Source: Anaerolineae bacterium (GTDB lineage: Bacteria; Chloroflexota; Anaerolineae; Epilineales; JAHCIE01). Taken from it: 64,000 nucleotides of DNA. The notes beneath the pieces were generated by a model that was not told the DNA's origin, searched no databases, and worked only from the letters and a program-made list of their open reading frames with translations. Positions 25,845 to 35,728 of the stretch are shown here, piece after piece; the first letter of the stretch is position 1, and each line of letters starts with the position of its first letter. Location: assembly GCA_039810085.1 (NCBI GenBank), contig JBDHWG010000009.1, forward strand, positions 12,609 through 76,608, read 5' to 3'. Made by a program: the position numbers and the translations under genes.

Positions 25845-28640
25845 CTAACGTGTTACGTCCAGCGGACCTAGAAATACCTGGTCACCTGGAACAGCCGCGC
25901 CGTCCACCCTCACCGGCAGCCGCTCGCCCGTCGCCGCATCGTACAGACCGACTTCGATCCGGTATTGCCCCGGCGCAGCATTGCGATCCAGCGGGATGAC
26001 GTAGCGGTCGGCGATGTATTCGCCTGGCCGCCAACCTGTCGTCGGGCGGCTCCCCTCGACGGGAATGGTGTCAAGCTGGCCGACGATTTTCCCGTCTGGC
26101 CCGACGACGTGGGTAAACACCTTGAGGCTCTTGTCGAGCCGCCCCTGCGGATGCCAGTACAACGTTAGATCGACAGTGCTACCCGGCTTCACGCTCGGCT
26201 GTGCGATGTCGTAGCCGGCCAGCGTCACCCGATCCCCCAACGTCGCACTCAACGGGTGGCCGATGGGCGGCGGCTGTAGATTGACGGCCACCGGGCGCAC
26301 CGTCAGCCGCCCGATCTCCGCCGCTTCACCCTGGGGCTGACCATCCCCGCCAACAAGCGACACTACAACGGCATAGTCGCCGCCGGGCGTGTCTGCGTCA
26401 ACAAGGTAGTTATACTGGCCGAGCACCGTCTGGCCGGATTCCGAGGTCAGTGCGTATGTCTGGCTGCTGATGCTCGTGCCATCTGCGCCCACCAATGCAA
26501 TTTGCGCGTTGGCGTTGGGCTGCTTCACCTGCCAGCCCAATTCAAGGTGGACACTGTCGCCCGCGTCAACCGACGTTCGCTCCTGCCCCGCGCCGATGAG
26601 TCGCGCTGCGCCGAGGTCCTTGTCCAGGGGCCGCGACAGCTTGAGCGCGTCGGCCGACGGCGGACGGGCGGGCGCCATCACATTCAGTTCGGCAATCTTG
26701 TACTCTGTGCCGACCGGATTGCCCGACTCGTTCAGAATGTTCAGCCGCTTGAGGTCCGGGCTGTAGACGCCGACGACCACGGAGTAGCGGCCGGCCGGCG
26801 TGCCGGGGCGCACGTAGAGCCGCATCCTGTCGCTGTTCAGCTCGTTCGCCATCCAGCTTGCCGTCTGCTTGCGCACCGAGTTGGTCAACGCGCCGTCGCC
26901 CTGCCCCCAGACATTCCCCTCCGCATCGACCAGGTGGATGAAGGCAAGGTAGTTCTGGTCCAGGGGTGAGCGGTCGGGGTCAGCAGGGGCGGGCGCGCGC
27001 ACGCCGAAGCGCAGCCCCACGTCCAGGTCGCCGCCGCTGGGCACGGCGTCCGTCGACAGGCTGCCGCTGAACAGGGTGAGCTTATTGTCGAAGTTCAACT
27101 CCGGCCCCAGCGGCGGCGCATCTTTGCGGCGGTAGATTTGCAGCAGTTGCGGCCCGCGTCGGAAGACGCCCAGCGGCTTGAAGTTCTGGTCGATGTACGC
27201 CTGGAACTCCTTGAGGTCGCGCAGGAAACGCAGCTTCCCGAACTCCGACTGGTCCACCACGACGGCCCGCGCCCCGTCCGCCTCCATCTCCTGGACAAGC
27301 CTTGCGCCGGTGGTCTGCCCACTCGACGCCGCGCCCTGGGAGAGCGACGCCGCCGCATAGCCCGCCGGACGCTGCGCGAAGTAGTTCAGCCCCGCGTAAT
27401 CTGAGAGGAAGGTCGCGTCTGGCCCAACCTCGTACTTGAGGAACTCTGCCACGCGCCACGTTCCGTCCTCGCTGTAGCTCGCCACAACGTTGTCGGCGAC
27501 GCCCCACGGCAAGATGATGGCAGCGACGATGGCAGGCAGCAGAAAGCCGCGCTTCGTCCAGGCGAGCATCGGCTCCAGGCTCATGGCGAATAGCCCGACG
27601 AGCGCCGGCACGAGGTAGACCAGGTGACGCGACCATAGTTCCCGCGACAGAAAGATGAACGCGATCAGGCTTGGCAGCTGCCACGCCAGGAGCGTTCGCC
27701 GCCCGCCCTGCCGCCACGTGACGATTGCCATGGGCAGCGCGAACACCAGGAGCGACGCGTACTGCGCCCCATACGTCCAGTAGAACTCGATGCCCTTGCG
27801 GAAGACTTCCCAGCGCGAGAGCTGGCTGCCCTGCATAAGCTGGTGGCCGAAGATGGCCGTCCATGTCTCCGGTATCAGCAGGATCAGCAAGCCCATGACG
27901 CCGCCCGCTAACATTGCGGCGGGCAGCCCAATCGCAAGCGTGTCGTAGATAGCGCCTTTGAGCGTCCAGGTCGGGCGCCCGCGCCAGGCCTTCGGCCACA
28001 GGAGGTAGAGGATGACACCTCCCAGGGCCAGCACGCCGAACAGCTTCGTCAAGATAGCGAGGCCGAACAGCAGGCCGGAGAACACCAGCCAGCGGCGCGA
28101 CTTCCGCTCCTCGGCGATGACGAAGACCCACAACCCCATTGCGATGAAGAAGAGCATGTAGTCTTCGGGGCGATACACCCGGGCGACCTGGTAGACATCC
28201 GGGTGGGCAAGGAATGCGGCCAGCGCGGCCAGCGCCAGCGCCGGACTCATCAGGCGGCGGAAGACGCGATAGAAGCCCCAGCCCGCGCCGCCAATGAGCA
28301 GGGCGCTCAGAATGCGTAGCGGCGCCGGTGTCGGCCCAAAGATGTGCTCCACCAACCCGCCGATGCCGAGAAACAGGGGAAGCTGAGGCGTCAGCAGGTC
28401 GCGGTACGGCAGCTCACCCAGGCTGACGCGCCAGGCCTGGTACAGGTACAGCCCTTCGTCATCGACGATGAACCAGCCCATCATGTTGTACAGGATGGCG
28501 GCGACCGCGACAAGGATGATGACCAGCGCAGCGATATCGGCGTGGTCGATGACGAACGCCCACACGCGGCTCCAGGAGAGCGCGCCGAGAGTTGGGCGCG
28601 AGGAGCGAGAGATTGATTCGGTCCGCGACTCAGTACTCAT
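25845..28640 (-). CDS. GT-C fold membrane glycosyltransferase (PMT_2/ArnT-like) with three tandem C-terminal beta-domain repeats (paralog 1)
   Basis: N-term TM1 + DDEGLY motif, multiple TM helices; C-term repeats ...LTLYWHPQG...VFTHVVGPDG...GQYRIEVGLYDAATGERLP; start ATG 28640 chosen (longer ORF would overlap upstream gene). Confidence 0.75.
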   Translation of the reverse strand: MSTESRTESISRSSRPTLGALSWSRVWAFVIDHADIAALVIILVAVAAILYNMMGWFIVDDEGLYLYQAWRVSLGELPYRDLLTPQLPLFLGIGGLVEHIFGPTPAPLRILSALLIGGAGWGFYRVFRRLMSPALALAALAAFLAHPDVYQVARVYRPEDYMLFFIAMGLWVFVIAEERKSRRWLVFSGLLFGLAILTKLFGVLALGGVILYLLWPKAWRGRPTWTLKGAIYDTLAIGLPAAMLAGGVMGLLILLIPETWTAIFGHQLMQGSQLSRWEVFRKGIEFYWTYGAQYASLLVFALPMAIVTWRQGGRRTLLAWQLPSLIAFIFLSRELWSRHLVYLVPALVGLFAMSLEPMLAWTKRGFLLPAIVAAIILPWGVADNVVASYSEDGTWRVAEFLKYEVGPDATFLSDYAGLNYFAQRPAGYAAASLSQGAASSGQTTGARLVQEMEADGARAVVVDQSEFGKLRFLRDLKEFQAYIDQNFKPLGVFRRGPQLLQIYRRKDAPPLGPELNFDNKLTLFSGSLSTDAVPSGGDLDVGLRFGVRAPAPADPDRSPLDQNYLAFIHLVDAEGNVWGQGDGALTNSVRKQTASWMANELNSDRMRLYVRPGTPAGRYSVVVGVYSPDLKRLNILNESGNPVGTEYKIAELNVMAPARPPSADALKLSRPLDKDLGAARLIGAGQERTSVDAGDSVHLELGWQVKQPNANAQIALVGADGTSISSQTYALTSESGQTVLGQYNYLVDADTPGGDYAVVVSLVGGDGQPQGEAAEIGRLTVRPVAVNLQPPPIGHPLSATLGDRVTLAGYDIAQPSVKPGSTVDLTLYWHPQGRLDKSLKVFTHVVGPDGKIVGQLDTIPVEGSRPTTGWRPGEYIADRYVIPLDRNAAPGQYRIEVGLYDAATGERLPVRVDGAAVPGDQVFLGPLDVTR

Positions 28641-28666
28641 TCGATAAAGACAACGCTTCTGCTCTC

Positions 28667-28703
28667 CAAGACCTGACAGGTTTTGGAAACCTGTCAGGTC
28701 TTG
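28667..28703. repeat. Perfect 37-bp palindrome CAAGACCTGACAGGTTTTGGAAACCTGTCAGGTCTTG in the 68-bp intergenic gap between two GT-C genes
   Basis: 17-bp arms read directly; core shared with 39372-39400. Confidence 0.5.
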
Positions 28704-28708
28704 CTTGC

Positions 28709-31700
28709 CTACTGAACATCCACATCCAGCAGCAGGCGATTGTCCGGCTGCGCTGCGCCCGACGTGTCCCGTATGGGAAGCCGCGCCCCAGCCGCGTCGT
28801 ACCACCCAACCGCGATTTGATACTTACCTGGCGCTGTGCCAGGCGGAACAGTGAGGGTGTAGGGGTCCACGACAACCTCGCCCGCCTGCCACCTGCTTGT
28901 CGGATAGTGGCCGAGGCCCGGCGCGCGGTCGACCTGGCTGATAATCGAGCCATCCGGCGCGAGCATATGCACGAAGACCTTATAGTCCACCGGCGTGGGC
29001 GCGTCAGCCTTCCAGTAGAGCGTCACATCCAACGGCGCGCCCGGCGTTGCCTGCACCGCATCGTAGCCGAGCAGATGCGTTGACGCGCCGATAGTCGCGC
29101 CCGCTGCGTGTTGCGGCGGTCGGGGCGGCTGCGTCAGCGCCGTCGGCCCATCTACCCACACCCGGCCTAACACGACCGGCGACGGGAGTAGCGTCGTTCC
29201 GCTCTCGTCGACGACCTGCAACTCCACCGTCGCCGGACCACGCACTGCATCCGCCGCGACCTTGGCATGGCGAATGCCGTTGAAGACGTCGCCCGGCTGC
29301 CAGGCTTCAGGCGCGAGTTGTACCGGCAACAGGCTCTGCGGTGTCTGGGCTGCCGCGCCGCGCGCGTCGCGCACGCTCAGCACGACCCGCGCACCCTTCA
29401 CCGGCCCCGTTGCCTGCCACCACAGCGGCACGTCCACGGTGTCCCCCGGCTTGACGTCCCTATCGCCCTGGAAGCCATGCCCCAGTAAACGCAGGCCCAC
29501 CAGCGTCAGGTCCGCGTCCAGCCGCGCCGGCACGTCCACCTTCGTCGGCGCAGCCCCACGAGCGACGGATACCTTGCCTAAGGTCACGCTCTCCACCGGC
29601 CCGACCGCCTCGTTGTTGTTCGGCTTTTTGAGCCGGACGCGTAGTGTATACTCGCCTGGCGGCGTCGTGGCGGGCAGTGTCAAAGGCATCAGAGTCGTGT
29701 TAGTCGTACCGAGCGCCCAGGTGGTCGCCGGACGCAGTGCGCTATCCCGCAATGGCCGCTCGGCTGTCAACACAATGCCGCCCTCGGGGTCGAGCACATC
29801 GACGGCAGCAACCAGCGGCTCGCTCACCGGCGCGTTGACGCGCCAGGCCAGGCTCACGCCCTCTGGCTTACCAGCTTGCAACGCCGCGCCGCCTGCCCCC
29901 CAGCCGCCAAGGCTCAGCGGCCCCAGGGCCGCATTGGCAGGTTGGCTCGCAGCGGGCGCCGTGCGGAAGCGCCACACTTCCACGTCGGGGAACTTCCTCG
30001 GACCGGACTCAAGTATAGCCGCTTCCCTGAGCGCGTCCAGGGCTGCGCCTGGGTCGCCTTCTGGATAGCGCAGATACCACAGGCGTTGGACGGGCGGCAG
30101 CGCCGCCAATGCCCCCGCCACATCTGACGCCTGGAAGTGGCCGAAGACCTGCGCCACGGGCATCCCCGGCGGCGTCGAGCGCGCCGCCAGCGATGCTCCG
30201 TTGACCACGAAGCCATCGCCGGGTTGCGCCGCCTGCGTGATATACGCCAGGGGGGCGGTCGCCGTCGTGTTGGTGTAGATCCAGGCGTAGTCGATGCCGT
30301 CGATGCTGACCACCTTCAGCGGCTTCTCATCCGGGTTGTCATAGTAGCGGTTCACGAGGCTCTGGTTGCGCTGGCGCTGTACTTCGTTGAGATAAAGGAC
30401 GATGTAGTCCGTCTGGTAGGGGCGAAAGCCCGGCGCGCTGCGTGTCTCGCCGACGAACAGCGGCGCGAACTGCGATACACCCCGCGCCGCCACCTGGAGG
30501 TCGTTCGCATTCGGCAGGGTGTTCAGAAACGCCGCTGCCTGGTCGTAGCCCTCACCCCACCCCACCAGCAGCCAGCGCACGGCCGCCTGCCCGCCACCGA
30601 GGAGCGGGTTGTAGTACGTCAGGTAGTAGGGCGCGTGGGAGACGGCTATCGCCGCTTCCGTCACCAACACCAGCACGACCGCCACGACAGGCAACCACCG
30701 AGCCAGGCTCAGGCTGGCCCGCGCCCGCCGCGCCGCCACCCACCCGGCCAGCCACGTGACAGCGGCGGCAAGCCCCGCGCCCGCCACGAGGTCCAGCGGC
30801 GGGAACATCGGCAGGATGTAGCGGTCGAATTTCTTCGGGCTGAAAGAAATGAGGACGGCGAAGATGAGAGCGTAGCTCGCCAACCCGACAACGGCGTAGA
30901 CGAACGGGGAGGGTGACAGAACGAGCTGGCGCAGCGATCTCCGCGCCCGATACACTGCCGTGCCGACGCCAACGACCACGATGCCCAGCCCCAGCAGCGT
31001 CCAGGGAGAGGCGCGGAAGCCGTAGGCGACGATATACATGAACGGGCCGGGGTCGTCCACAACCTCTTCGTCGAACACGTTGCCGCCCGCGTGGGGGTTA
31101 CCGCCCTCGACCGCCGCTTTGTCCGCCACGCCGCGCACCGTTCCGACCGGGTTACTCCACGCCGACGGCCAGATGAGCAGGACGGCGATCAGCCCACCGA
31201 CGGCGAACAGCAGTGTCGCTCGAATCACCCCCCGCAGCCGCCGGTCGCGCCAGCCGAGGTAGACCAGCATGAGAACGGCCCACGGCCATAGGAACACCGC
31301 CGCCACCTTCTGCACCAGGGCCGCGCCCGCGAGGGCTCCCGCTGCGATGAGCCAGCGCCACGAAGATTCCCCACCCTCGCTCAGATAGGACAGAAACGCC
31401 GAGGCGCTGAGGCGCTCAGAAGAAACGTTTTGATGTTCTTCCTCTGCGTCTCTGCGTCTCTGCGTTTCTATCCTCTTAGCGTCCTCGACTTGTGGGCGAG
31501 TCGTCAGCAGCGTGAGGACGCTCAGCACGAGCAGGCTGCTGAGCGTCGCGTCGAGGTGGAACACGCGACTGTGCGCCATCACGAACGGATCAAAGGCCAG
31601 CAGCGCCAGTCCCAACACCGCCGCGAGCGCGCCGAGCAGCCGCCGCGCCAGCCAGTAGATGGGGATGAGCAGGAGCCAGTTGAACAGGGCGGGCGCGAAG

Positions 31701-32038
31701 CGCATGCGGAACAGAAGCGCCGCCAGGCCAGCGAGCGCCTGGGCATCGACGCCGGACGGCGCGCTCGCATTCTCCGTCGCCCGGCACGTGGCGAGGACAT
31801 CGGGCGCAGCGCCGGGCGGAACGGCCAGCGTGCCCAGCCACATTGTAATGACGCCAGGGTGGCCGGTCAGAAACGTGCTGCGCGGTTGAAGCGACGCGAG
31901 CGCCTGGCCGAACGACAGCGAGCGGCACACCCAACGCAACTCGTCGGCGGCGACGAACACATCGAGGCGGCTCAGTCTTGCCATCAGCGCCGCGAGGAGG
32001 ATGACGACGGCCAGCGCGTCCAGCCAGCGACCTTTCAA
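28709..32038 (-). CDS. GT-C fold membrane glycosyltransferase (PMT_2/ArnT-like) with tandem C-terminal beta-domain repeats (paralog 2)
   Basis: 1109 aa; DEL motif after TM1, many TM helices, C-term repeats (GYDAVQATPGAPLDVTLYWKA...YKVFVHMLAPDG...GKYQIAVGWYDAAGARLP); ATGA overlap with upstream paralog. Confidence 0.75.
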   Translation of the reverse strand: MKGRWLDALAVVILLAALMARLSRLDVFVAADELRWVCRSLSFGQALASLQPRSTFLTGHPGVITMWLGTLAVPPGAAPDVLATCRATENASAPSGVDAQALAGLAALLFRMRFAPALFNWLLLIPIYWLARRLLGALAAVLGLALLAFDPFVMAHSRVFHLDATLSSLLVLSVLTLLTTRPQVEDAKRIETQRRRDAEEEHQNVSSERLSASAFLSYLSEGGESSWRWLIAAGALAGAALVQKVAAVFLWPWAVLMLVYLGWRDRRLRGVIRATLLFAVGGLIAVLLIWPSAWSNPVGTVRGVADKAAVEGGNPHAGGNVFDEEVVDDPGPFMYIVAYGFRASPWTLLGLGIVVVGVGTAVYRARRSLRQLVLSPSPFVYAVVGLASYALIFAVLISFSPKKFDRYILPMFPPLDLVAGAGLAAAVTWLAGWVAARRARASLSLARWLPVVAVVLVLVTEAAIAVSHAPYYLTYYNPLLGGGQAAVRWLLVGWGEGYDQAAAFLNTLPNANDLQVAARGVSQFAPLFVGETRSAPGFRPYQTDYIVLYLNEVQRQRNQSLVNRYYDNPDEKPLKVVSIDGIDYAWIYTNTTATAPLAYITQAAQPGDGFVVNGASLAARSTPPGMPVAQVFGHFQASDVAGALAALPPVQRLWYLRYPEGDPGAALDALREAAILESGPRKFPDVEVWRFRTAPAASQPANAALGPLSLGGWGAGGAALQAGKPEGVSLAWRVNAPVSEPLVAAVDVLDPEGGIVLTAERPLRDSALRPATTWALGTTNTTLMPLTLPATTPPGEYTLRVRLKKPNNNEAVGPVESVTLGKVSVARGAAPTKVDVPARLDADLTLVGLRLLGHGFQGDRDVKPGDTVDVPLWWQATGPVKGARVVLSVRDARGAAAQTPQSLLPVQLAPEAWQPGDVFNGIRHAKVAADAVRGPATVELQVVDESGTTLLPSPVVLGRVWVDGPTALTQPPRPPQHAAGATIGASTHLLGYDAVQATPGAPLDVTLYWKADAPTPVDYKVFVHMLAPDGSIISQVDRAPGLGHYPTSRWQAGEVVVDPYTLTVPPGTAPGKYQIAVGWYDAAGARLPIRDTSGAAQPDNRLLLDVDVQ

Positions 32039-34731
32039 GGCTTCACCGTAATGTGGCCCAGGACAGCGTGGTCGCCCTCGGTATCCGCGCCCTGAGCAAG
32101 CAGGCGCTGGAGCGTTTTGGCATCGTAGAGACCGACGCGCAAGGGGTAGCTGCCCGGCAGCGTGGACGGGTCAATCGAGATACTGCGCGACTCGATAATC
32201 GTCTCGCCCGGCTGCCACTGTGACGTGGGGCTGGCGCCGGATGCGGGCCAGCTGTCACTCTGGCCGTGAATAATGTCGTCCTCGACGTGGGCAAAAACAC
32301 TCAGGTCTGCCCCCACTTTATCCGTTGGCTGCCAGAAGAGCGTCAGGCCGAACGGCTCACCGGCTTTCACAATCGACGAGGTCAGCTCATAGCCCAACAA
32401 CCGCACCGAGCCGAGCATGGCGTCTGTGCGCATGGCGGGCGGCGCTTCCGCGAGCGCCTGGCCGATGGGGAAGGTCGGGCCGAGATATGGGTCGAAGCGC
32501 GCAGCATCCGCCAGGGTGTAGTAGCGCGGGGCAGCCACCGGGTCCCGGCTGTAGATGCGCAGCTTGGGCGCGCCGTCGGCATCCACGTCCGCCAACAGGT
32601 GATACTCCTTCTCGATGCGGTTGAGCGGAATTTTCACCGCGTCCTGCACATCCTGGGCAACGATGTAGTAGCGCGGGTTGGCGGCGGAGCGCACCGCTCC
32701 GCGCGTGTACCAGCCCGTGACCAGCGGCTCCTCGTTGCTGTCGTAGTCGCCCTGGAGCGTGCCGTCGGCGAAAAGCGAGCCGACGATGCTCCAGCCCGCC
32801 TGGTACGGGAAGCCGAAGTAGCCGCTACTCGGGGGACGATCACCATAGACGGCGGGGTACAACGGGCTGCGCGCCGCGGGATAGATGCGTTTATACTCTG
32901 GGCTGTGGCTCACGAACGCTATCCAGATGTAGCCGCCGAGCAACAAAACGAGTAGCCCGCCGACAGCCATGAGGGCAAAGCGCGCCGAGCGCCCGAATCG
33001 CGCCTGGACACCTTGCGCCAGTGCCGCCACGCCAAGGCCCGCGAGAAGCGCCGCGCCGGGCATCATGGTGTAGAAATGGGTGGTCGGCTTCTGCGTCAAG
33101 AAGCTCGCCACCAGGAACGGCCCCAGGAACCACAGGAGTGTCGCCTTCACGCCGTCGTCGAGGCGCGGCGCCAGCGCCCACAGCAAGAGCGGCAGAAAGA
33201 GAAATAGCGAGAGGTTGTACTTGCCAACGCGCAACGCTTCCGGCGCGGCGGCAGCGACCGCCAGGGCCAGCACAGGCCAGGCCAGGGCAAGCCACCGCCC
33301 GTGGCGGAAGCCACGCCAGCCGAGCCAGGCAAACACCGCGACGAGCGCCACGGCGAGCAGGACAATGTACCACGTCGAGTTGTAGAATGTCGCGCGCAGG
33401 AAGTAGTCGGCCAGCTTGTTATACAGCGGCCCACCAGCCGCCGCCGCATTGCCGACGCCGACGCGGCGGTTGATGATATAGTCAACTGTCTCACGGAAGT
33501 GGGGGTGCAGCGCGAACGGCGCGTAGAAGAAGGCCGCAATGGCCGCACATACCGCCGTCGGCGCCATCAGCCCACGCAGCCCACCCCGCCGCCACAGCAG
33601 GTACGCCACCGGCGGGATGGCGAAGACGGCCTCGTAGTGGCCCAGGCTCCCCGCCGCGACGAGCGCCCCTGCGACGACAGCCCACCGCATTCGCCCGCCC
33701 TGGTAGTAGCGCCACGCCGCCCATACCGCGACAATCGATGTGAGCGCGACGATGCTCTGGTACTGCACGATGCGGCCAAACGCCACAAAGTAGCCATCCA
33801 GCGCCAGGATCAGCGCAGCGACCAGCCCCTCACCCCCTAGCCCCCTCTCCCAAAATGGGAGAGGGGGAACAAGAGGGGCGTTCTGGCTCCCCTTCCCCGC
33901 TTGTGGGGGAAGGGGCTGCAAGAGCATGTCATCGCGAGCAGAGCGAAGCGATCCCTCACCGGGAGATTGCTTCGCTGACGCTCGCAATGACACATCAGGG
34001 CCTGACGAGAACAGCCGCCAGCCGAGCGCGCCGATGCCAAATACAGCGGCGACGTTCATCAGGGCGAAGGGCAACCGCGCCGAGGACTCGTCGATGCCAT
34101 CCGTCGCCGCCCAGACGAGCGCCGGCATGAGCACCTCGCCCGGCGCTTTCTTGTGGAAGAACAGGATTTCGCTGCGTCCCTGCCCCAACCCCGCCGCCAT
34201 CAGCATGGCGCGCGCCTCGTCGCCCTGGAACTCGGAGTAGCTCAGGAACGTCAGGCGGAAGACCAGGGCCAGGGCGACCGGGACCGCCAGCCACCACAGA
34301 GCGCGCACGCGAACAATTGCCGGACGCGCGGCGGTCGTTCCGAGGGCCAGCCAGCCCGCCAGAACGAGCAGCGCGCCGTCGAAAGCAAGTAGCACCGGGG
34401 CGCGGGTCATGGGCGTCGGCAGGTAAGCGACCGCGAGGCTCAAGACCAGAGCGCCCGCTACCGCTAGCGCCGCATCGAGGGCGAGGCGCTCCGGCCACGC
34501 GACGCTTTCGCCAGCCATCAACCGCTCGGCGACAAGCACACCGGGCAGAGCAAACAGAACGATGGCAGCCGTAGCGCGGACGAACAAGGGAACGGGGAGG
34601 AAGAGGAGGAGGTTCGCAACCAGCGCGACAGCAAGCGCAACCAGGGCAAACCATGCCCAAGGCCGCGCGGCGAGGCGTGTCGCGGGAGAAGCGGGGCCGG
34701 CGCCGGCCATCGGGAGACCCGAATCGGCCAT
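32035..34731 (-). CDS. GT-C fold membrane glycosyltransferase (paralog 3) carrying an approximately 57-aa low-complexity in-frame insertion
   Basis: 898 aa; GDE motif, TM-rich N-half, C-term LGYELTSSIVKAGEPFGLTLFWQP...VFAHVEDD...GSYPLRVGLYD repeat. Confidence 0.75.
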   Translation of the reverse strand: MADSGLPMAGAGPASPATRLAARPWAWFALVALAVALVANLLLFLPVPLFVRATAAIVLFALPGVLVAERLMAGESVAWPERLALDAALAVAGALVLSLAVAYLPTPMTRAPVLLAFDGALLVLAGWLALGTTAARPAIVRVRALWWLAVPVALALVFRLTFLSYSEFQGDEARAMLMAAGLGQGRSEILFFHKKAPGEVLMPALVWAATDGIDESSARLPFALMNVAAVFGIGALGWRLFSSGPDVSLRASAKQSPGEGSLRSARDDMLLQPLPPQAGKGSQNAPLVPPLPFWERGLGGEGLVAALILALDGYFVAFGRIVQYQSIVALTSIVAVWAAWRYYQGGRMRWAVVAGALVAAGSLGHYEAVFAIPPVAYLLWRRGGLRGLMAPTAVCAAIAAFFYAPFALHPHFRETVDYIINRRVGVGNAAAAGGPLYNKLADYFLRATFYNSTWYIVLLAVALVAVFAWLGWRGFRHGRWLALAWPVLALAVAAAAPEALRVGKYNLSLFLFLPLLLWALAPRLDDGVKATLLWFLGPFLVASFLTQKPTTHFYTMMPGAALLAGLGVAALAQGVQARFGRSARFALMAVGGLLVLLLGGYIWIAFVSHSPEYKRIYPAARSPLYPAVYGDRPPSSGYFGFPYQAGWSIVGSLFADGTLQGDYDSNEEPLVTGWYTRGAVRSAANPRYYIVAQDVQDAVKIPLNRIEKEYHLLADVDADGAPKLRIYSRDPVAAPRYYTLADAARFDPYLGPTFPIGQALAEAPPAMRTDAMLGSVRLLGYELTSSIVKAGEPFGLTLFWQPTDKVGADLSVFAHVEDDIIHGQSDSWPASGASPTSQWQPGETIIESRSISIDPSTLPGSYPLRVGLYDAKTLQRLLAQGADTEGDHAVLGHITVKP
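33826..33995. repeat. Composite palindromic element inside GT-C paralog 3 CDS: G-rich hairpins (33841-33867, 33889-33915) plus a 64-bp imperfect palindrome (33928-33991)
   Basis: CCCCCTCTCCCA-AAA-TGGGAGAGGGGG; CCCCTTCCCC-GCTTGT-GGGGGAAGGGG; GTCATCGCGAGC...GCTCGCAATGAC also seen at 50548-50610 and 59213-59249. Confidence 0.5.
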
Positions 34732-34735
34732 CGCG

Positions 34736-35728
34736 TTACGTCGCAGCGCCTACGGACTGCGGCGCTGCATCAATTGCGTCGTCGGCCAGGATTTCCCGCA
34801 CGGCGTAGATGGGCTTGTCCTGCGCTTCGTAATAGGTGCGCGTGAGAATCTCGGCCAGCAAGCCGGTGCTGATGAACTGGACGGCAAGGATGATGAGTAG
34901 GATCGCCAGCCACAGCAGCGGCCGGTCGCCGATGTTCTGGCCCAGGAACAGCTTGACGAAGGTGAGATACAGCGCGATGAGGATGCCCAGCCCGCCGGTC
35001 AAGAGGCCGATGGTGCCGAAGACGTACATCGGGCGCGTGTCGTAGGTGAGCAGGAAGCGCACCGTGAGCAGGTCCAGAAAGACGCGCACGGTGCGCGAGA
35101 TGCCGTACTTCGAGGAGCCGAACTTGCGCGCGCGGTGGTTAACGGGCATCTCGGCGACGTTGACGCCGAGCCGGTTGGCGAGGGCCGGGATGAAACGGTG
35201 CATCTCGCCGTACAGCCGCACACCCTTGACCACGTCGCGGTGATACACTTTGAGCGAGCAGCCGTAGTCGTGCAGCTTCACACCGGTGACGTTGCCGATG
35301 AGACGGTTCGCCATCATTGACGGCAGGCGGCGGCTGAGGAACTTGTCCTGGCGGTTGACGCGCCAGCCGCTGACAATGTCGTAGCCCGACTCGGCCTTCG
35401 CCACAAGCTCCGGGATGTTGTGCGGGTCATTCTGGAGGTCCGCGTCCATCGTGATGACCCAGGTTCCCCGCGCCTGGGCGAAGCCGGCGGCAAAGCCCGC
35501 TGTCTGCCCGAAGTTGCGGCGGAAGCGGATGACCTTCAACCGCGGGTCTTCCTGGTGCAGCCGCTTCAGGATCGAGAAACTCTTGTCCTTGCTACCGTCG
35601 TCGATGACGATGATCTCGTACGAGCGGCCATATTCTTCCAGGACTGACGTCAGCTCGTCGTACATCGCCTGAACGGACTCTTCCTCGTTGTAGAGAGGAA
35701 TCACGATGGAAATGTAGGGATCAGCCAC
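34736..35728 (-). CDS. GT2 polyprenyl-phosphate sugar synthase (GtrB/ArnC/DPM1-like) with C-terminal TM helices
   Basis: 330 aa from GTG 35728 (GGTGGAG RBS, 2 nt after epimerase stop); [11 protein letters not shown]...IVIDDGSKD...DADLQNDP motifs. Confidence 0.8.
   Translation of the reverse strand: MADPYISIVIPLYNEEESVQAMYDELTSVLEEYGRSYEIIVIDDGSKDKSFSILKRLHQEDPRLKVIRFRRNFGQTAGFAAGFAQARGTWVITMDADLQNDPHNIPELVAKAESGYDIVSGWRVNRQDKFLSRRLPSMMANRLIGNVTGVKLHDYGCSLKVYHRDVVKGVRLYGEMHRFIPALANRLGVNVAEMPVNHRARKFGSSKYGISRTVRVFLDLLTVRFLLTYDTRPMYVFGTIGLLTGGLGILIALYLTFVKLFLGQNIGDRPLLWLAILLIILAVQFISTGLLAEILTRTYYEAQDKPIYAVREILADDAIDAAPQSVGAAT

Noticed and set aside
25845-28805. Longer 986-aa version of GT-C paralog 1 starting at 28805
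   Set aside because: The extension overlaps the 3-prime end of the upstream gene by 97 bp and reads through the intergenic palindrome. ATG 28640 (MSTES) gives a sensible cytoplasmic N-tail before TM1.
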